Origin: a candidate division WWE3 bacterium
GTDB taxonomy: Bacteria > Bdellovibrionota > UBA1018 > UBA923
NCBI GenBank assembly: GCA_038231515.1
Contig: JBBRLF010000002.1
Location: forward strand, 1-48,938
Length of the DNA stretch: 48,938 bases
Reading direction: 5' to 3'
Positions 43,457 to 48,938 of the stretch are shown one piece after another. A program made the translations under genes and the position numbers. Position 1 is the stretch's first letter. Each line of letters opens with the position of its first letter. The notes under the pieces are model-generated. The model did no database searches and was not told where the DNA came from. It was given only the letters and a program-made list of their open reading frames with translations.

Positions 43457-45835
43457 TCAATGTCCCGCTCCGGGCACGAGCCCGCCGCCCTCTTGCAGAT
43501 TAGTGAAGCCATCACCTGACAGATTCACCGGAATGTTAAAAGTAATAGCCACTTTCGGATTATCAATCGTACGGCTGGCCAGCAGCACGAGTCGATAGCA
43601 CTGCGAGGGGCTTTGATAGGTCAGGCCGCCACTGAGCCCCTGAATCACGCCCGGACTTTCGGTATTGTCGTGAAACGTGGGAAAACGGTAAGTAATGCCC
43701 GCGGTAAAACCGAAAAAATCGTTAATCGACCAGTTTAGCACCGTCGAGATCGCGTCGACGTTGGAGGTGATCTGGTTGTAGCTGTAGTTCAAACCCAGGC
43801 TGCGCTCGAAGGCCAGCAGCCTGCGCGTGTAGCGCACAAAGACGTAGTTGAGGCTCAAGGAGTAGGTCGAGGCCCGGATATAGGGGTAGTAGTAATATTC
43901 ACCGTGCGCGTTAACCCGATTGGTCTCGACGTTGAACAGGGTGAAAAAACGCGAAAGGGGTTGTCGATTCGCCTCTTTCTTGTACTCGTGAAAGTTGATG
44001 CTCTGGCCGCTGACAACATCGACCGCCTTGCGATATGCGGTGCCCTCTTTGAAGATAAATTTATTGCCGAACTCGTAAGACAGCGAGTTTCCGAGCGGCA
44101 CGAAATAGAGCTGCGTATCGTTGGAGATGGGCACGATATCCGACTCATCGAACTCGTTACCAGCCGTGGAGAGCTGCCGGATAAACGGATGTTTGGCATT
44201 TTGCTGAATGATCGGAATATTCGAATAGGTCAGCGCGGGGCGAAACTTGTGTTTGACCTGACCGTCGTAGACCTTTTCGACCGTGGTTGCCACCTCGGTC
44301 TGGGCCAGCAAGTAACCGCGCGCCGTGGGCGCCGCGATTTCCTGGTCAAACAGATAGCCCATGGTGCGGTACTGCACACTGGGCAGCAGCTCGATTACGT
44401 CGGCCACGCGCGCCGGGAAATAAAGTTCAGGCACCACATTGAAGCGCTGGGCACGCCGAATCGGCGACACGCCCTGAAAGAAAAAGCTCTTCGAGCTGGG
44501 CACAAAGTCGACGGGATAAATAGGATCAAAGTTCGAAGCGTCGCGGTAAAACCGCGAGTAGTTCATTGAGAGGCTCCAGTTGAGCGGCAGCCCCTCAAAG
44601 ATGCGATGATCGGTCGTGGCCATCGAAACGCTCGGCAGCAGCTGCACGGTATTGGAGTCAAAGCCTGTCAGATTCGGCGTCAGCAGATTATGAATTCGCT
44701 TGGTGTTCGCCCAGACGCTGACGTCGCGGCCGCTGCGCGAAAGCCCGGCTTCGGAAACCAGCGCTGGCTCGCCGCGGCCCGGAATATCGCCGATGATGCG
44801 TGCGTAGTCGCGGTCAGAGGCGTCAAGATAGTTGAGCTTGAACTCCATGCGCCAGGGCAGCTCGATATTGTGCCCGGAGTTGATGGCCCAGCGGTTGTAG
44901 TACGGGTCGCGGATAAACTGCTTGTCGCGCAGATAGAAGGCATTGATCTCGCCGTGGCTCCGGGGCGTCAGCATATACCGGTATTGGCCTTCGGTTTTAA
45001 GCCCCTTGCGCGAGTAAAATCCGGCAGCCAGCGTCGCATCCATGCTGCGCGAAATGGCCCAGAAATAGGGCTGAATATAGGTAAAACCGTTTTCGCCCGT
45101 AAGCTGAAAGCGCGGAAACAGCAGACCGCTCTGCCTTTTGGTCTTCACCGGGATGATGATATACGGCAGATACATGGCCGGTGCGTCGTTGATCTTGATG
45201 AACACCTGGCTCATCTTGGCGTAACCCTCGACCTTCATGTCGATCGTGCGCCCCACCAGCTTCCAGCTCGCTGGGCAGTCGCGGCAAGTCGTGTACTCGC
45301 CGTCTTCGGCAAAGAAATGCCCAACCTCGAGACGCTGAATGCGCTCGCCCAGCAGCTGGTACTTGTCGCTTTCGATGCGACCATCGAAAATCACGCCCGT
45401 CTCGCTGGCGAAGTTGAAATCCATTTTCAGCCCGTAGATCACCGTGTCGGCTGTGAAATAGACCACGTTGCCTTCGGCGTGCAGCTGCTCGGTATTGAGA
45501 TCCATCAGCGCATAGTCGGCGGTAAGCAGCTCGTTGGGCCGACGAATGTAAACGTTGCCAAAACACTCGAGCGTATTTTTTTTCAAATCACGCAGCTGGC
45601 GCGTGCAGCTCAGGTGCAGGGACTTGCCCGAGATCGCAAGTCGGGTAGCGCCCGGCTTGGGCTGGGCCGGCTCGGTGGGTTTTGCACGCGACGCCGTACG
45701 CTTTACCTCTTTAGGACGTGGGCCGTCCGGCACACTCTCCTGCCCGCGTGCGGCGGGGGTAAGGTAAATCAAAGTCAATATCAGGAGCCCAGCTATAGAA
45801 TTCAGCGGTGCGTTTTTCGAGCCGTTTTCGGCCAT
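43457..45835 (-). CDS. lptD: LPS-assembly outer-membrane protein LptD
   Basis: Signal peptide, an OstA-like N-terminal domain (LTADYALMDLNTEQLHAEGNVVYF), and a large aromatic-rich beta-barrel C-terminus. Confidence 0.8.
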   Translation of the reverse strand: MAENGSKNAPLNSIAGLLILTLIYLTPAARGQESVPDGPRPKEVKRTASRAKPTEPAQPKPGATRLAISGKSLHLSCTRQLRDLKKNTLECFGNVYIRRPNELLTADYALMDLNTEQLHAEGNVVYFTADTVIYGLKMDFNFASETGVIFDGRIESDKYQLLGERIQRLEVGHFFAEDGEYTTCRDCPASWKLVGRTIDMKVEGYAKMSQVFIKINDAPAMYLPYIIIPVKTKRQSGLLFPRFQLTGENGFTYIQPYFWAISRSMDATLAAGFYSRKGLKTEGQYRYMLTPRSHGEINAFYLRDKQFIRDPYYNRWAINSGHNIELPWRMEFKLNYLDASDRDYARIIGDIPGRGEPALVSEAGLSRSGRDVSVWANTKRIHNLLTPNLTGFDSNTVQLLPSVSMATTDHRIFEGLPLNWSLSMNYSRFYRDASNFDPIYPVDFVPSSKSFFFQGVSPIRRAQRFNVVPELYFPARVADVIELLPSVQYRTMGYLFDQEIAAPTARGYLLAQTEVATTVEKVYDGQVKHKFRPALTYSNIPIIQQNAKHPFIRQLSTAGNEFDESDIVPISNDTQLYFVPLGNSLSYEFGNKFIFKEGTAYRKAVDVVSGQSINFHEYKKEANRQPLSRFFTLFNVETNRVNAHGEYYYYPYIRASTYSLSLNYVFVRYTRRLLAFERSLGLNYSYNQITSNVDAISTVLNWSINDFFGFTAGITYRFPTFHDNTESPGVIQGLSGGLTYQSPSQCYRLVLLASRTIDNPKVAITFNIPVNLSGDGFTNLQEGGGLVPGAGH

Positions 45836-46689
45836 GACCCCTGCTTCAACATGGAGAAAATCTTGGAGAGTGTCTGTGGAAGATCTTTGCGATGAACAAT
45901 CATGTCGACGAAACCGTGCTTCAGCAAATACTCCGAACGTTGAAAACCCTTCGGCAAGGCTTGACGCATCGTCTGCTCGATCACACGAGGTCCAGCAAAA
46001 CCAATGAGGGCATTAGGCTCGGCGATAATGATATCGCCCAGCATCGCAAAACTGGCGGCCACGCCGCCCGTCGTGGGATCGGCCAACACCGAGATATAAG
46101 GCAAACCCCGGCGCTTCATCTCACCGACGAGTGCTGAGGTTTTAGCCATCTGCATCAGCGACAGAATGCCCTCCTGCATGCGAGCCCCGCCGCTCGACGA
46201 GATAATCACGGCCGGCAGCTCGGAATCGATCGCCGCCTCGAGCATACGCGCAATTTTCTCGCCCACTACCGAGCCCATGCTGCCACCCATGAAGCGAAAC
46301 TCAAACGCACCCAACATGACTTCGACGCCGGCAATGGCCCCGCGTCCCGTCACAATGGCATCAAACTGCTGAGTCGATTCGGCGGCCTTTTGTAGCCGTG
46401 CGGCATAGGGCTTGGTGTCGTGAAACTCCAGCGGATCATTGGATCGGAGCTGGGCGTCCATCTCTTCAAACTTCTGATCCAGCGTCAGCAGCGCAATGCG
46501 CTCCCAGGCGCTGACCCTAAAGTGAAAGTCGCATTCGGGGCAGACTTGCAGATTGTCTTTGAGAACCTTGCTCTGCAAAATCTCGCCGCAAGAAGAACAC
46601 TTTACCCAAAAACCCTCGGGCACCTTGACGACCTTGTCGGAGGGCTTTTCTTTGATTTTTGGGGTCTTGATACTATCAAACCAGCTCAT
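45802..46689 (-). CDS. accD: acetyl-CoA carboxylase carboxyltransferase beta subunit
   Basis: Zn-ribbon CSSCGEILQSKVLKDNLQVCPECDFHFR and the carboxyltransferase core GGSMGSVVGEK ... SGGARMQEG. Confidence 0.95.
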   Translation of the reverse strand: MSWFDSIKTPKIKEKPSDKVVKVPEGFWVKCSSCGEILQSKVLKDNLQVCPECDFHFRVSAWERIALLTLDQKFEEMDAQLRSNDPLEFHDTKPYAARLQKAAESTQQFDAIVTGRGAIAGVEVMLGAFEFRFMGGSMGSVVGEKIARMLEAAIDSELPAVIISSSGGARMQEGILSLMQMAKTSALVGEMKRRGLPYISVLADPTTGGVAASFAMLGDIIIAEPNALIGFAGPRVIEQTMRQALPKGFQRSEYLLKHGFVDMIVHRKDLPQTLSKIFSMLKQGSWPKTARKTHR

Positions 46690-46713
46690 GAAGAACTCCT
46701 CGAATAGGGGCTC

Positions 46714-47469
46714 TTAGAAGATAAACTCGTCCTCTTGCTCGACAACGGTAAGATTGTCGATCTTAAGATCGTAGATCTCATTGAGCAGCGTCTGGTTAAA
46801 GCGCGGCTTGAGATGGTAGATATAAAGCGGGACGTTTGCATGAATCTTTCTTAACTCCTCGCGGAACGTTTTCGGGGTGAAATGCCCACTCAAGTTGGCG
46901 ACCACTTCCTGCTCGACCGGAAAGGAGATCTCGGTAAAGATCGCTTTCATCCTTTTGGTCGTATTGGTCTTCGCCCAAATCAACTCTGTGGGACCCGTAT
47001 CACCCGTAATCGTCACCGCGCCATTGGCATCTTCCAAGATAAACCCGACTGCATTACACGGATGATTGACACTGTACATACGTATGGTCAGGTCGTCAAT
47101 TTTGATCCGTTCTTTCACCGACTTATAAACTATAGTTGGGTTCTTGCGACTGGGAATCTTTGCGAAGTCTGGCCAAATAATATCATTGAACAAATGTTTT
47201 TTAATATGCCCGATAACCGGCGGCACGCTGACGATGCACATGGGCTTTTCGCGGGCGCCAAAGACGTTATCCACCATAAAGGGCAGATCCTTTACGTGGT
47301 CAATATGAGGGTGGCTGATCACGACGTAATCGATGCTCTCTTGTCTGGAAATCGAAAGCGCGCTTGCGCTGGAACCGGCATCGATGAGGATGCGGTCATT
47401 GACGAGAAAGCTGGTCGTCCTCAGGCCGGGAGCGATGCCACCATCGCCACCAAGTACCCTAATTTTCAT
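46714..47469 (-). CDS. MBL-fold hydrolase resembling class-II 3',5'-cyclic-nucleotide phosphodiesterase
   Basis: VISHPHIDHVKDLP (HxHxDH) and overall CpdP-like size. It overlaps the upstream HD-GYP gene by 4 nt. Confidence 0.65.
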   Translation of the reverse strand: MKIRVLGGDGGIAPGLRTTSFLVNDRILIDAGSSASALSISRQESIDYVVISHPHIDHVKDLPFMVDNVFGAREKPMCIVSVPPVIGHIKKHLFNDIIWPDFAKIPSRKNPTIVYKSVKERIKIDDLTIRMYSVNHPCNAVGFILEDANGAVTITGDTGPTELIWAKTNTTKRMKAIFTEISFPVEQEVVANLSGHFTPKTFREELRKIHANVPLYIYHLKPRFNQTLLNEIYDLKIDNLTVVEQEDEFIF

Positions 47470-48761
47470 TTGTTGAAAGCGGCTCCGGTAGCTTCTGGGG
47501 TTTCCATAGGGGTGGATTCTTTGGTTCTCTTTCGGATTGTACCGGTTTCGAAAGCCTTTACAAACGCATCGACGATTTCCGCGTCAAACTGCGTGCCCCG
47601 ATATTTCACGATCTCGTTGAAAGCGATCTGGGGATCCAACCCTTTGCGGTACGGCCGGGTGCTGACCATGGCATCATAGGTGTCGGCTACGCTGATGATG
47701 CTGGCAATCTTGGGAATCTGATCGCCGGACAGGCCATAGGGATAGCCCTTTCCGTCCGGACGTTCGTGATGATAGCGCATGGCGTCGACGATATCTTTCA
47801 ACCCATCAACCTGCGACAGGATCTCGTGGCCGATCGCGGGATGCTTCTTCATGATCTCGTACTCTTCGTCATTGAGCGCGTATTGTTTTTTCAATACCTT
47901 GTCGTCAATGCCGATCTTTCCGATATCGTGCAGAATGGCGGCCAGTCGCAAGTTCTCGCGCTCATGAGCCGTGAGATTCACGTAATCGGCAATCGCCATC
48001 GAGTAGTGCAGCACGCGCTTGGTGTGGCCACCGGTGTAGCGGTCTTTGGCCTCGATTGCGCCGGCCATGGCCGAAGCCGTCTGTAAAAAAGTGTCTTTAA
48101 GTTTGGTATAGAGCATCGCGTTTTCAATCGCGATTGCAACCTGGTACGATAGGGTTTCGAGCAGTCCCACGTCTTCAGACTCAAAGTCGCCGCTGTCCTT
48201 GTTGATGGCCTGAAGCACGCCGATGACATTGCCCTTGGCGATCACCGGCACGCAGACCATGTTTTTAGTCGTGAAGCTCGTCTTCTCGTCGGCCTTCTTG
48301 AAGTGAAACGGGTTGCGAGCCACGTCATTGATCAGCATCGGCCGCCCGGTCAGTGCAACATGTCCGGCGATGCTCGTCTCGTCTATTGGAAGCCGAAAGG
48401 TCTTCAGCTCAGCACCGCTGGGCCCAAGTGCGGTTTCCCAGTACAGCTCGCGCGTCTTCGGGTCGGCCAGCAGCAGCGAGCCCGTCTCGCAGGTCAGTAG
48501 CTTGCAAGTCGCCTCCATCGCTTTTTCGCGCACGGTGGCGGTATCAAGCGTGGAGTTGAGAATCGCGCTGAAGTTGGCCAGGCACTCAAGCTGATAAACC
48601 TTGGACTGCGTGAGGGCGATGGTGCCGGCGATTTCTTTTTCGAGAACTTTGATCTTTTTGAGGGCGTTTTCGAGCTGGCTGCCGCCGATAGCTTCAAGCG
48701 ACTCGAGGGCTTCGGCCGCCTCGGAGTTAGTGGCATCGATTTCTTTGTTTCGCTTTCCCAT
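47466..48761 (-). CDS. GAF-domain HD-GYP phosphodiesterase
   Basis: Coiled-coil N-terminus, GAF-like middle region, and HD-GYP signatures HDIGKIGI and HHERPDGKGYPYGL. Confidence 0.85.
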   Translation of the reverse strand: MGKRNKEIDATNSEAAEALESLEAIGGSQLENALKKIKVLEKEIAGTIALTQSKVYQLECLANFSAILNSTLDTATVREKAMEATCKLLTCETGSLLLADPKTRELYWETALGPSGAELKTFRLPIDETSIAGHVALTGRPMLINDVARNPFHFKKADEKTSFTTKNMVCVPVIAKGNVIGVLQAINKDSGDFESEDVGLLETLSYQVAIAIENAMLYTKLKDTFLQTASAMAGAIEAKDRYTGGHTKRVLHYSMAIADYVNLTAHERENLRLAAILHDIGKIGIDDKVLKKQYALNDEEYEIMKKHPAIGHEILSQVDGLKDIVDAMRYHHERPDGKGYPYGLSGDQIPKIASIISVADTYDAMVSTRPYRKGLDPQIAFNEIVKYRGTQFDAEIVDAFVKAFETGTIRKRTKESTPMETPEATGAAFNK

Positions 48762-48938
48762 CAGCCTTCAGTCGCCCTTCCTTGGGAGCTTGGGTTATTG
48801 GGGAGTCGTGAACTTAAGAAAGTGGCCGATCTTAGGACTTCCTATCCTGAGACCGGCCTAGCGGAACTTTTATGAAAATCCTTTTCCATAAATCCATCCA
48901 TGGATTTAGCTCCACAACCACTCCCTTAGGTTACGGGA

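Noticed and set aside
48872-48938. Possible start of a plus-strand gene (MKILFHKSIHGFSSTTTPLGYG...) running off the right edge.
   Set aside because: Only 22 codons are visible, there is no clear RBS, and it overlaps the palindrome. The evidence is insufficient.

Overview
GC-rich (about 60% by eye, not computed) chromosomal segment from a diderm bacterium. LptD, SurE, many lipobox/signal-peptide proteins and dense c-di-GMP signalling parts suggest a Bdellovibrionota/Myxococcota-like lineage, but this cannot be proven from the window. The housekeeping backbone is dnaE, guaA, guaB, a gamma-CA-like gene, miaB, ansA, and one long minus-strand operon (GAF/HD-GYP, PDE-like MBL, accD, lptD, SIS, surE, M23, apt). 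Three accessory blocks interrupt it. (1) 6.0-7.5 kb: two paralogous lipoproteins with Pro-Gly-Tyr and (GGGGH)n low-complexity cores lie between guaB and guaA. (2) 15.8-33.3 kb: an envelope/secretome block. It holds a 176-aa secreted protein coupled to a ~1720-aa secreted giant, which combines an M13-peptidase-like domain with substituted catalytic residues and eight copies of a Cys module I do not recognise. It also holds three paralogous Ala/Gly-rich secreted proteins sharing a C-terminal module (two flank tRNA-Ala(GGC)), an LtaS/sulfatase-type membrane enzyme, a fatty-acid hydroxylase, and a polytopic membrane protein split by one in-frame TAA. (3) 34.2-38.2 kb: a tRNA-Arg(CCU) gene sits inside duplicated 5'-half and 3'-end repeats, next to a visibly AT-richer island encoding a double-domain KaiC-like ATPase and a GAF histidine kinase. 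I saw no rRNA, CRISPR array, IS element, integrase or transposase. The best candidates for something undescribed are the Cys-module giant with its partner and the three-member secreted family. All homology calls are by-eye motif recognition and need database confirmation.
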